Below, piece by piece: positions 14,535-34,085 of a DNA stretch of 64,000 nt; the first letter of the stretch is position 1, and each line of letters starts with the position of its first letter. Source of the DNA: Eledone cirrhosa (lineage: Eukaryota); contig OZ024740.1 in NCBI GenBank assembly GCA_964016885.1, forward strand, positions 339,202,001-339,266,000. Direction: 5' to 3'. Below the pieces are notes generated by a model. That model made no database searches, had not been told where the DNA came from, and was given only the letters and a program-made list of their open reading frames with translations. A program made the position numbers and the translations under genes.

Positions 14535-15573
14535 TTATTCAGTGATTTTTTACATACTTGGCCTCCTTTTCAACACAAGAGACATATAGAAACATATGTA
14601 TATATTGACCCACAGTGGGTTGACATCCATTATAATAATACAGCATGGCAATTTACATACAAAGATTACAGTCATATTAAAGGACAAAATTAAAGTTAAA
14701 ATTAAAATTAAAATAAAACATTGGCAGTTTACGAAGATAAAGCAAGAGGAAAGGTTGGAGTAGCCAGTGTATGCAACAGTCACGTGTGTCCTATTTATAC
14801 AAGATTATAGTGCGGCAGATTGTTAAATGTAAAACAAGCAGTCAAAGCAGGCAATCAAGAGCATCATGGGGGCTGTACTGGTAAAGCATTTTTCGCACAC
14901 ACCTGTACGATATAGAAGCCCGTGTGTAGAGAAACACCAAAAATATCAAAAATATTACAAATGAGAAGCAAAACAGCACCACTGTCCTCGCACACACCAC
15001 CACTCTCACAATCCAGGAAACGCAATTTATAGACTACATGTCCATCACACAATCCACGATGATTAAACGTTGTGAGAGTGGTGGTGTGTGCGAGGACAGT
15101 GGTGCTGTTTTGCTTTTCATTTGTAATATTTTTGATATTTTTGGTGTTTCTCTACACACGGTCTTCTATATCGTACAGGTGTGTGTGAAAAATGCTTTAC
15201 CAGTACAGCCCCCATGATGCTCTTGATTGCCTGCTTTGACTGCTTGTTTTACATGTAACAACCTGCCGCACTATAACCTTGTATAAATAGGACACGTGTG
15301 CATGTCTCACGTGTGACTGTTGCATACACTGGCTACTCCGAACTTTCCTCTTGCTTTATCTTCGTAAACTGCCAATGTTTTATTTTAATTTTAATTTTAA
15401 TTTTAATTTTAACTTTCATTTTGTCCTTTAATATGACTGTAATCTTTGTATGTAAATTGCCATGCTGTATTATTATAATGGATGTCAACCCACTGTGGGT
15501 CAATATATACATATGTTTCTATATGTCTCTTGTGTTGAAAAGGAGGTCAAGTATGTAAAAAATCACTGAATAA

Positions 15574-15622
15574 TTGCTCCGAAGACACCAAACCTCGGTT
15601 TGGAAGAAACAATTGTAAGCAA
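15574..15622 (+). ncRNA. type-I hammerhead ribozyme fold (family B, right arm)
   Basis: TTGCT-CCGAAGA-CA-CCAAACC-TC-GGTTTGG-AA-GAAA-CAATTG-TA-AGCAA; palindromic stem III ACAATTGT; U4C core variant. Confidence 0.65.
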
Positions 15623-15660
15623 ATAAATGATTTAAACAGAACTTTGATTCATGTAATTTC

Positions 15661-24178
<8,518 letters not shown>

Positions 24179-24217
24179 ATATATATATTTATATATATAT
24201 ATATATATTTATATATT

Positions 24218-24250
<33 letters not shown>

Positions 24251-24282
24251 TTATATATATATATTTATATATATATATATCA

Positions 24283-26217
24283 CCATCATCATCATCATCA
24301 TCATCGTTTAACGTCCATGTTCCACGCTTGCATGGGTTTGGACGAGAGTTTTCCCACTTGAGGCAAGAGTGGTTGTCTTGCTCGCATAGGACTGTCTGGC
24401 GGGTTTTCTACAGTTGGATGCCCTTCCTAACACCAACCACATTTACAGTGTGGGACTGGGAGGTTTTTACCGTGTTGCCTACACGGCCACATTACAGCGT
24501 GGACTGTGTGTTTTTTGTCGTGACACCTACACGATCTCATTTGTTTCGGCCTGGATGTTGTGGCACCAACGTAACTTTACATTGAAAGGGGCGGTGTGGA
24601 TGGGGTGAGCGTGGTGTGACGGGGGCGTATTTTGTTAGAGATGCCTACTGACTGTAGTAGGTTTACTTTGTATTTAGGCAAGGCGGGTCTTCTCTATTAC
24701 TGAGTACCGCCAGAGATCTCGGTCCAGTGACATTGTCTTGGAGAGGTGTAAGTGTGTGAGGTCGGAATATATCATGTCGTCCCAGGTTTTTCTGGGTCTG
24801 CCTACTCCGTGGCTACCGTCTATCTTTATTGCCCTGCACTTTTTTATACAGCTGTCGTCTTTCATGCGCATCACGTGACTATACCAACGTAGTCTTCTCT
24901 CGAGTAAACAACATCTGATCCCTCTTATTTCTAATGTTTCCCTTAGTTCGTTTATGCTTTGCCGTTCACGTATATTACTATTACACATCCAGCGGAGCAT
25001 TCAAGCTTCGTTCCTCTCTAGTCTGCGTATATCCTCTGCACACAATGCCCAGGTCTCACTGCCATGCAACATTGCTGTTCGTATGCAGGCATCATATAAC
25101 CTGCCTTTCAATTTTAGGGAGAACCGTTTAGCGGCTAATAGTGGTATAATCTCTCTGAACTTTTTCCATCCAGATCTGACTCTAGCTACTGTACTTTCAG
25201 AGCACCCTCCCCCACTGCTGATTTTGTCACCCAAGTAACGGAAGCTGTCCACTATTTCTATGGAACCCTCTGCGCAATTGAAAGAGTTAGTATTTTGTGG
25301 GTACTTGCTGCTACTTATTGCACCAGAGCACCGGCCACATGTAAAATCTGTGTTCTTAGTTAGCTTACCTGTGATCCCACTACATCTTTTATGCACCCAT
25401 ACTTTGCATTTGGGACATAAAATGGAGTTTCTACCTACGCCTTTCCTACACACTGAGCATGGCCATTTCCCGGAGGGGACCGCCGCCTTATTTTATTTCC
25501 TACAAACTAGAACTTTAGTCTTAGCCAGGTTAATTTTAAGGCCTTTTGATTCTAGGCCGTGCTTCCATCTTTGGAATTTCTTCTCTAGCTCGGTCATTGA
25601 TTCAGCTATGAGCGTTAGATCATCTGCGTATAGGAGTTCCCATGGGCAGCCGGTCTTGAACTCCTCTGTTATTGCCTGAAGGGCAATAATAAATAGTAGG
25701 GGGCTAAGAACAGAGCCCTGATGGACACCAACTTTTACGCTAAACTCTTCACTATATTCGTTGTTAATTCTAACCTTGCTGACTGTTTCTTTATACATGG
25801 CTTGTATAGCTTTCACAAGCCATTCGTCAACACCTAGTTTTCTAAGAGCCCACCAGATAATGGAACGGGGGACTCTGTCGAAGGCTTTCTGCAAGTCGAC
25901 AAAAGCTAAGTATAGGGGTTTACTTTTAGCTAGGTACTTCTCCTGTAGTTGTCGTACAATGAAAAGAGCGTCTATGGTACTTTTGCCTGACACAAACCCG
26001 AACTGCATTTCATCTAGATCAATTCTCTCTCTGATTAGTTGCGCTATTACTTTTTCCGTGACCTTCATGACCTGGTCGATTAATTTAATGCCTCTATAGT
26101 TACTCCTATCTAGGGCGTCTCCTTTACCCTTGTAACAGTTAACGATGATGCTGCTACGCCAGTCCTTCGGAACAACCCCATTTGTATGACTTGGTTTACT
26201 ATCCGGGTGACCAGAGC
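24283..26217 (-). mobile_element. 5'-truncated RTE-clade LINE (copy 1, premature stops)
   Basis: ORFs 25493-26068, 25001-25453 and 24674-25000 give QFGF, DLQKAFD, GVHQGSVLSP, YADD, GRPRKTW; 3' UTR ends in (ATG)n. Confidence 0.93.
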
Positions 26218-26247
26218 AAACAGCACGGACACTCTATCTCAAAATTA

Positions 26248-26284
26248 TTTTTGAAAAGCATTTAGGAACGCGCAACCGGTAAAA
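26248..26284 (+). ncRNA. degenerate hammerhead-like motif (family D)
   Basis: TTT-TTGAAAA-GC...GC-GCAA-CCGG-TA-AAA; homologous to 44412-44449 but GAAA is changed to GCAA. Confidence 0.4.
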
Positions 26285-26404
26285 ACTTAAAAACTTAAAA
26301 CCACAACTGAATACTAACCCATACAATCACTAATACTCTTTTATTCCTAATTAAACCATTTTTCAACTGTGAACAATTTGTCAGCATTTTCTATTCCGTT
26401 TACC

Positions 26405-26441
<37 letters not shown>

Positions 26442-26460
26442 ATTTATATATATATTTATA

Positions 26461-26535
<75 letters not shown>

Positions 26536-26556
26536 TTATATATATATTTATATATT

Positions 26557-26587
<31 letters not shown>

Positions 26588-26631
26588 TTATATATATATT
26601 TATATATATATATATTTATATATATATTTAT

Positions 26632-28326
26632 ATCATCATCATCATCATCATCATCATCAGGTTTAGCGTCCGTGTTCCACGCTTGCATGGGTTTGGACGG
26701 GGGTTTTCCCACTTGAGGCAAGAGTGGTTGTCTTGCTCGCATAGGACTGTCTGGCGGGTTTTCTACAGTTGGATGCCCTTCCTAACACCAACCACATTTA
26801 CAGTGTGGGGCTGGGAGGTTTTTACCGTGTTGCCTACACGGCCACATTACAGCGTGGACTGTCTGGCGGGTTTTCTACAGCTGGATGCCCTTCCTAACAC
26901 CAACCACATTTACAGTGTGGGGCTGGGAGGTTTTTACCGTGTTGCCTACACGGCCACATTTACAGCGTGGACTGTGTGTTTTTTGTCGTGACACCTACAC
27001 GATCTCATTTGTTTCGGCCTGGATGTTGTGGGACCAACATAACTTTACATTGAAAGGGGCGGTGTGGGTGGGGTGGAGGTGGTGGGACGGGGTGTGTTTT
27101 GATAGAGGTGCCTACTGACTGTAGTAGGTTTTTACTTTGTATTTAGGTAAGGCGGGTCTTCTCTATTACTGAGTACCGCCAAAGGTCTCGGTCCAGTGAC
27201 ATTGTCTTGGAGAGGTGTAAGCGTGTGAGGTCGGAATTTATCAGCTCGTCCCATGTTTTTCTGGGTCTGCCTACTCCGTGGCTACCGTCTATCTTTATTG
27301 CCCTGCACTTTGTTATACAGCTGTCGTCTTTCATGCGCATCACGTGACCGTACCAACGTAGCCTTCTCTCGAGTAAACAACATCTGATCCCTCTTATTTC
27401 TAATTTTTTCCTTAGTTCGTTTATGCTTTGCCGTTCACGTATATTACTATTGCACATCCAGCGGAGCATGCAAGCTTCGTTCCTCTCTAGTCTGCGTATA
27501 TCCTCTGCACACAATGCCCAGGTCTCACTGCCATGCAGCATTGCTGTTCGTATGCAGGCATCGTATAACCTGCCTTTCATTTTTAGGGAGAACCCTCTAG
27601 CGGCTAATAGTGGTATAAGCTCTCTGAACTTTTTCCATCCAGTTCTGACTCTAGCTACTGTACTTTCAGAGCACCCTCCCCCACTGCTGATTTTGTCACC
27701 CAGATAACGGAAGCTGTCCACTATTTCTATAGAACCCTCTGCGCAGTTGAAGGAGCTAGTATTTTGTGGGCACTTGCTGCTACTTATTGCACCAGAGCAC
27801 CGGCCACATGTAAAATCTATGTTCTTAGTTAGCTTACCTGTGATCCCACTACATCTTTTATGCACCCATACTTTGCATTTGGGACATAAAATGGAGTTTC
27901 TACCTACGCCTTTCCTACACACTGAGCATGGCCATTTCCCCGATGGGACCGCCGCCTTATTTTCTTTCCTACAAACTAGAACTTTAGTCTTAGCCAGGTT
28001 AATTTTAAGGCCTTTTGATTCTAGGCCGTGCTTCCACGTTTGGAATTTCTTCTCTAGTTCGGTCATTGATTCAGCTATGAGCGTTAGATCATCTGCGTAT
28101 AGGAGTTCCCATGGGCAGCCGGTCTTGAACTCCTCTGTTATAGCCTGAAGGGCAATAATAAATAGTAGGGGGCTAAGTACAGAGCCCTGATGGACACCAA
28201 CTTTTACGCTAAACTCTTCACTATATTCGTTGTTAATTCTAACCTTACTGACTGTTTCTTTATACATGGCTTGTATAGCTCTCACAAGCCATTCGTGAAC
28301 ACCTAGTTTTCTAAGAGACCACCAGA
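26632..28326 (-). mobile_element. 5'-truncated RTE-clade LINE (copy 2)
   Basis: Highly similar to copy 1; 112-bp duplication in the 3' UTR (26744/26856). Confidence 0.93.
27143..28285 (-). CDS. RTE reverse transcriptase C-terminal part with PHD-like finger (truncated ORF)
   Basis: 380 aa open: GVHQGSVLSP, YADD, CSVC..CPKC..HKRC..CGRC, FRYLG, GRPRKTW. Confidence 0.85.
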   Translation of the reverse strand: MRAIQAMYKETVSKVRINNEYSEEFSVKVGVHQGSVLSPLLFIIALQAITEEFKTGCPWELLYADDLTLIAESMTELEKKFQTWKHGLESKGLKINLAKTKVLVCRKENKAAVPSGKWPCSVCRKGVGRNSILCPKCKVWVHKRCSGITGKLTKNIDFTCGRCSGAISSSKCPQNTSSFNCAEGSIEIVDSFRYLGDKISSGGGCSESTVARVRTGWKKFRELIPLLAARGFSLKMKGRLYDACIRTAMLHGSETWALCAEDIRRLERNEACMLRWMCNSNIRERQSINELRKKLEIRGIRCCLLERRLRWYGHVMRMKDDSCITKCRAIKIDGSHGVGRPRKTWDELINSDLTRLHLSKTMSLDRDLWRYSVIEKTRLT

Positions 28327-28352
28327 TATATATATTTATTTATATATATATA

Positions 28353-28399
<47 letters not shown>

Positions 28400-28468
28400 T
28401 TATATATATATATATTTATATATATATTTATATATATATATATTTAGATATATATTTATATATATATA

Positions 28469-28529
<61 letters not shown>

Positions 28530-28570
28530 TTATATATATATATATTTAGATATATATTTATATATATATA

Positions 28571-28632
<62 letters not shown>

Positions 28633-28768
28633 TATATATATATATATATATATATAGATATATATTTAGATATATATATATTTAGATATATATTTAGATA
28701 TATATATATTTAGATATATATTTAGATATATATATATTTAGATATATATTTAGATATATATATATTTA
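28327..28768. repeat. (TA)n array with TTTAGA variants
   Basis: Seen directly in sequence. Confidence 0.95.
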
Positions 28769-29022
28769 GTTTTGCGAGGTTTTTTATATGAAATCGTGTG
28801 TCGAAACAGATATTGTTATATTTGGGGAGGGTCATATTTGCGTAATATTGCCAGAATTAATAACAGAACACACTCACTGTTTGGTTGGTTTTCGCTTCTC
28901 GCTGTCTTTTATATATATATATCTGCGATCTAACTTACTCGGTCCTCAATGTTGCCATTGACTGACCGGCGGTCAAAAATAATACAGATACAATATAGAC
29001 AAACACATATATATATAGTTTA

Positions 29023-29060
29023 CATAAATCTTTCGTTGCACATCTGCAACATCGTCAGTG
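29023..29060 (-). ncRNA. hammerhead core in PLE family 1 pLTR
   Basis: Mirror of 33088-33125; weak stem I. Confidence 0.55.
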
Positions 29061-29335
29061 GTGTTATATTCATTGTTCCTCCTGTTGTGTTGTATGTCTA
29101 CGCCATTTTTTTTGTTCAGTCTGTCTATATATTTATTTATTTATTTGCTTGTTTGTTTATCTTATTTTATTTTGTCTTCTTTGCGCATGCGTTTGCGTGT
29201 GTGTATAGTGTTATGTGTGATGTGTGATGTGTGACTAGTGTGTATAGTGTTGTCTGCTGGGTGACTAGTGTGTGTTTATGTGCTTGTGTATGTATTTATT
29301 TATCTTATTTTATTTAATTTAATTTACTTATTTAT

Positions 29336-29725
29336 TTATACTTCTCTTAGGTCAGTGTTGTTTGTTTGGGTGTTGTTGTTGTTCCACTCATTCTTTCTGT
29401 TTAGCTTTGGTCTTCTAATTTCTATTTCACTGGCCTCTCTGATTTGCCTATCTGCTGGGTCATTCCTATGTTTAGATATCATTCTAATTTCTATGTTGTC
29501 TATGTTACCGTCATGATGTTGTCTAGCATGTTCGTATAGTACTGACCCGTTTTTTCGTCCTTTTAGTTCCCCCCAGTGTTGGTCTATCCTTTCACCTATG
29601 CTACGAGCTGTCTCACCTATGTATGTTGTTGTCGTGTTTCTGCAAGTACCCTCTGTACATCTTATGCTATAGACTACGTTTCTAGTTTTACAGTTTATCC
29701 GGGGGTTCACCTTACATATATACAT
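29336..29725 (-). CDS. PLE GIY-YIG endonuclease (frameshifted from RT by a 1-bp deletion near 29720)
   Basis: NVVYSIRC...YIGETARSIGERIDQH...IREASEI...PKLN. Confidence 0.85.
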   Translation of the reverse strand: MYICKVNPRINCKTRNVVYSIRCTEGTCRNTTTTYIGETARSIGERIDQHWGELKGRKNGSVLYEHARQHHDGNIDNIEIRMISKHRNDPADRQIREASEIEIRRPKLNRKNEWNNNNTQTNNTDLREV

Positions 29726-31404
29726 TTCCTATTGGTACAGTGGGTTTTCTTAAAAGGGTAGGTTTTGCTGATCAGGGATTTTATGGTGGTTCCTGGCTTT
29801 TCTACCACCTTTATTTTTAAGTGGGTCTTTCTCAGGGCCTTTCTACACTGGTTAGCTAATTTCCCTCCAGGGGTGGCGTCCACAAACATGACACTCTGAT
29901 ATCTCTGGTTGTCGTACCATGATGTGGCCTTCCCTATCTTATGTCTAGCCCTATCTAAGCTATTCCATGATTTGCTCCTGTATAGTGGGCAAATTCCTTT
30001 CATGTCCAGTTCTATGAGGGTCTTATACTTTTCCATGGCTCCTTCGTATACTCTGACTCTGTCTCTTTGGTTGTAGCCAGAGAACTGCATGCGGTTGATG
30101 AAGTGTTGGATGTGTCCTTCCATTTCTGTTGGGTCGCACATGCTAGACACATTCTTCATCACTCGTACCAAATCTGCGATCAGAATATTAAACTTAGCAC
30201 TACTGGACATTGCTGAGTTTTTGAGTATCAGGTATTTGGAGGCCATGGGTTTAGCATAGTGTGAGTGGAGAATTTGGGCTCTCTCGTCTATAGTGTTAAT
30301 CCAGAGTTCTGTGTCTAATACAGGTAGTCTATTGTTAGGGTGTTTGGAAGGGAAGTCTATAGTTACAGTTATACTCTGGTGTATGGAATTAGCTATCTGC
30401 TGGATGCTTTCCATCGTGCTACGTTCTAAATCAAACTTGTTAGTGCTCTCTAGTGGGGGTGTTCTTATAACTATATTGATATCGTCTACATAACGAGAGT
30501 ACATGATGAGGTCTATGGAGCTTTCATTAAGGAGATCTTTAAGTCTCCTTTCCCACCATACCATGAAAAGGTTGGCAACATCGCCAGCTATGCTGACGCC
30601 GATGGCTGCTCCCTCATTTTGGGTGTAGATTTTCTCATTGAACTTAAATATGTGGCCCTTTAGGGTAGTTTTGATACTAGCCCCTATTGCATGTGCGACC
30701 ATTTTTCTTACCTGATCAGTGTTTTGGGGGGTCCGTATAGCTTTGGTCCACCCAATCCACCTTCCTATGGGAGTCTTTTTAGCCATTGAGGTTATGGTGG
30801 GGGGTCTACCTCTTATAGGTCTACTAGGGCAGAAACATCTAAGGTCATGGCTGTCTAGGTAGTCAGTGTCGTAGGTAAGTCTAAGTAGGAGGCCCAGTTC
30901 GTCTGTGTCGACGTCGCAGAACTCCACCTCACTCTCAATGATCATCTCCACACATCTTTTCACAGCAAAATCAATGTTAATGGATGGGTACAGTGACACC
31001 ACATCCATGCTGCCTATTATGCAGTTGGATAGGCTCCTGTTTTTGTTGCACTCACTGATTCTGCTGAGGAGGTCCTCTGTACTTTCACATACATCTGGGG
31101 ACATCTTGATTATGGGGCGTATAACCATTGAGAGGAAGTAGGAGATCCTGTAGTTGCTAGCTATATTAGCTCCGCATACAGGTCTTGTTGGTGGTCCTAT
31201 TGTCGGGTCGTCGACTGTCTTGTGGTCTTTGCGGAGCCCATACAAGGGTGGTATGCCATTGTTAGACGCCTGGAAGTTGTTGGCAGTGCGTCTGCTTGGC
31301 TTTAGGATGTCAGTCCACATCATCATGTGAGCGTTGAGGATTTTTTCTCTCCCATCGTGTGTTAGTTGTGCAACTTCGCTCGTGTTGGTGATGTGGGGTT
31401 GCAT
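29707..31404 (-). CDS. Penelope-type reverse transcriptase (5'-truncated)
   Basis: 565 aa with PLE RT motifs LYGLRKDHK, RPVC, DVVSLYP, GAAIG, YVDD, LPVLD. Confidence 0.9.
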   Translation of the reverse strand: MQPHITNTSEVAQLTHDGREKILNAHMMMWTDILKPSRRTANNFQASNNGIPPLYGLRKDHKTVDDPTIGPPTRPVCGANIASNYRISYFLSMVIRPIIKMSPDVCESTEDLLSRISECNKNRSLSNCIIGSMDVVSLYPSINIDFAVKRCVEMIIESEVEFCDVDTDELGLLLRLTYDTDYLDSHDLRCFCPSRPIRGRPPTITSMAKKTPIGRWIGWTKAIRTPQNTDQVRKMVAHAIGASIKTTLKGHIFKFNEKIYTQNEGAAIGVSIAGDVANLFMVWWERRLKDLLNESSIDLIMYSRYVDDINIVIRTPPLESTNKFDLERSTMESIQQIANSIHQSITVTIDFPSKHPNNRLPVLDTELWINTIDERAQILHSHYAKPMASKYLILKNSAMSSSAKFNILIADLVRVMKNVSSMCDPTEMEGHIQHFINRMQFSGYNQRDRVRVYEGAMEKYKTLIELDMKGICPLYRSKSWNSLDRARHKIGKATSWYDNQRYQSVMFVDATPGGKLANQCRKALRKTHLKIKVVEKPGTTIKSLISKTYPFKKTHCTNRKCIYVR

Positions 31405-31582
31405 TGCCTCGATGTAGGGGTTGCATTGCCTCGATGTAGTTCGGCATGCTATCTATTGACATCCTACCAGACTTATCTGTGGCCTAAAGGGCCACATATT
31501 TAAGTTCAATGAGAAAATCTACACCCAAAATGAGGGAGCAGCCATCGGCGTCAGCATAGCTGGCGATGTTGCCAACCTTTTC

Positions 31583-32812
31583 ATGGTATGGTGGGAAAGG
31601 AGACTTAAAGATCTCCTTAATGAAAGCTCCATAGACCTCATCATGTACTCTCGTTATGTAGACGATATCAATATAGTTATAAGAACACCCCCACTAGAGA
31701 GCACTAACAAGTTTGATTTAGAACGTAGCACGATGGAAAGCATCCAGCAGATAGCTAATTCCATACACCAGAGTATAACTGTAACTATAGACTTCCCTTC
31801 CAAACACCCTAACAATAGACTACCTGTATTAGACACAGAACTCTGGATTAACACTATAGACGAGAGAGCCCAAATTCTCCACTCACACTATGCTAAACCC
31901 ATGGCCTCCAAATACCTGATACTCAAAAACTCAGCAATGTCCAGTAGTGCTAAGTTTAATATTCTGATCGCAGATTTGGTACGAGTGATGAAGAATGTGT
32001 CTAGCATGTGCGACCCAACAGAAATGGAAGGACACATCCAACACTTCATCAACCGCATGCAGTTCTCTGGCTACAACCAAAGAGACAGAGTCAGAGTATA
32101 CGAAGGAGCCATGGAAAAGTATAAGACCCTCATAGAACTGGACATGAAAGGAATTTGCCCACTATACAGGAGCAAATCATGGAATAGCTTAGATAGGGCT
32201 AGACATAAGATAGGGAAGGCCACATCATGGTACGACAACCAGAGATATCAGAGTGTCATGTTTGTGGACGCCACCCCTGGAGGGAAATTAGCTAACCAGT
32301 GTAGAAAGGCCCTGAGAAAGACCCACTTAAAAATAAAGGTGGTAGAAAAGCCAGGAACCACCATAAAATCCCTGATCAGCAAAACCTACCCTTTTAAGAA
32401 AACCCACTGTACCAATAGGAAATGTATCATATGTAAGGTGAACCCCCGGATAAACTGTAAAACTAGAAACGTAGTCTATAGCATAAGATGTACAGAGGGT
32501 ACTTGCAGAAACACGACAACAACATACATAGGTGAGACAGCTCGTAGCATAGGTGAAAGGATAGACCAACACTGGGGGGAACTAAAAGGACGAAAAAACG
32601 GGTCAGTACTATACGAACATGCTAGACAACATCATGACGGTAACATAGACAACATAGAAATTAGAATGATATCTAAACATAGGAATGACCCAGCAGATAG
32701 GCAAATCAGAGAGGCCAGTGAAATAGAAATTAGAAGACCAAAGCTAAACAGAAAGAATGAGTGGAACAACAACAACACCCAAACAAACAACACTGACCTA
32801 AGAGAAGTATAA
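31583..32812 (+). CDS. PLE RT C-terminal half fused in frame to GIY-YIG endonuclease
   Basis: 409 aa: YVDD, thumb, HCTNRKCIIC linker, VVY/YIG. Confidence 0.88.
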   Translation: MVWWERRLKDLLNESSIDLIMYSRYVDDINIVIRTPPLESTNKFDLERSTMESIQQIANSIHQSITVTIDFPSKHPNNRLPVLDTELWINTIDERAQILHSHYAKPMASKYLILKNSAMSSSAKFNILIADLVRVMKNVSSMCDPTEMEGHIQHFINRMQFSGYNQRDRVRVYEGAMEKYKTLIELDMKGICPLYRSKSWNSLDRARHKIGKATSWYDNQRYQSVMFVDATPGGKLANQCRKALRKTHLKIKVVEKPGTTIKSLISKTYPFKKTHCTNRKCIICKVNPRINCKTRNVVYSIRCTEGTCRNTTTTYIGETARSIGERIDQHWGELKGRKNGSVLYEHARQHHDGNIDNIEIRMISKHRNDPADRQIREASEIEIRRPKLNRKNEWNNNNTQTNNTDLREV

Positions 32813-33087
32813 ATAAATAAGTAAATTAAATTAAATAAAATAAGATAAATAAATACATACACAAGCACATAAACACACACTAGTCACCCAGCAGACAACA
32901 CTATACACACTAGTCACACATCACACATCACACATAACACTATACACACACGCAAACGCATGCGCAAAGAAGACAAAATAAAATAAGATAAACAAACAAG
33001 CAAATAAATAAATAAATATATAGACAGACTGAACAAAAAAAATGGCGTAGACATACAACACAACAGGAGGAACAATGAATATAACAC

Positions 33088-33125
33088 CACTGACGATGTT
33101 GCAGATGTGCAACGAAAGATTTATG
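33088..33125 (+). ncRNA. hammerhead core in PLE family 1 pLTR
   Basis: CA-CTGACGA-T-GTTGCA-GATG-TGCAAC-GAAA-GATT-TA-TG; 6-bp stem II but only a 2-bp stem I. Confidence 0.55.
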
Positions 33126-33639
33126 TAAACTATATATATATGTGTTTGTCTATATTGTATCTGTATTATTTTTGACCGCCGGTCAGTCAATGGCAACATT
33201 GAGGACCGAGTAAGTTAGATCGCAGATATATATATATAAAAGACAGCGAGAAGCGAAAACCAACCAAACAGTGAGTGTGTTCTGTTATTAATTCTGGCAA
33301 TATTACGCAAATATGACCCTCCCCAAATATAACAATATATATATTTAGATATATATATATTTAGATATATATATATTTAGATATATATATATTTATATAT
33401 GTATATATATTTATATATATATATATATTTATATATGTATATATATTTATATATATATATATATTTATATATGTATATATATATATTTATGTATATATAT
33501 ATATTTATATATATATTTATATATATATATATATATTTATTTATATATATATATATATTTATATATAAATATATATATTTATTTATATATGTATATATAT
33601 TTATATATATATATATATTTATATATGTATATATATTTA

Positions 33640-33686
<47 letters not shown>

Positions 33687-33687
33687 G

Positions 33688-33718
<31 letters not shown>

Positions 33719-33765
33719 GTATATATATTTATATATATATATATTTATATATATTTATATATATT

Positions 33766-33886
<121 letters not shown>

Positions 33887-33903
33887 ATATATTTACATAT
33901 ATT

Positions 33904-33934
<31 letters not shown>

Positions 33935-34085
33935 ATTTATATATATATATATTTATATATATTTATATATACGTATATTTATATATATGTATATTTATAT
34001 ATATTTATATTTATATATATTTATATTTATATATATTTATATATATATATATTTATATATTTATTTATATATATATTTATAGATA

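Larger units (their letters stand above)
28769..31484 (-). mobile_element. Penelope-like element family 1, left arm (RT, GIY-YIG, pLTR, tail)
   Basis: TDKSG (DKG motif, ~31465-31479), LYGLRKDHK, MDVVSLYPSI, RYVDD, VVY..C..YIGET.R. Confidence 0.93.
31483..33338 (+). mobile_element. Penelope-like element family 1, right (inverted) arm
   Basis: Near-perfect reverse complement of 28810-30664. Confidence 0.93.

Noticed and set aside
14864-15052. ORF with HVVYKLRFLDCE resembling a GIY-YIG start
   Set aside because: No YIG, Arg, Glu or Asn motifs follow; too weak to call.
33205-33315. Possible PLE 5' UTR intron (GTAAGT/GTGAGT donors)
   Set aside because: No convincing acceptor before the ATG, and it cannot be supported without transcripts.
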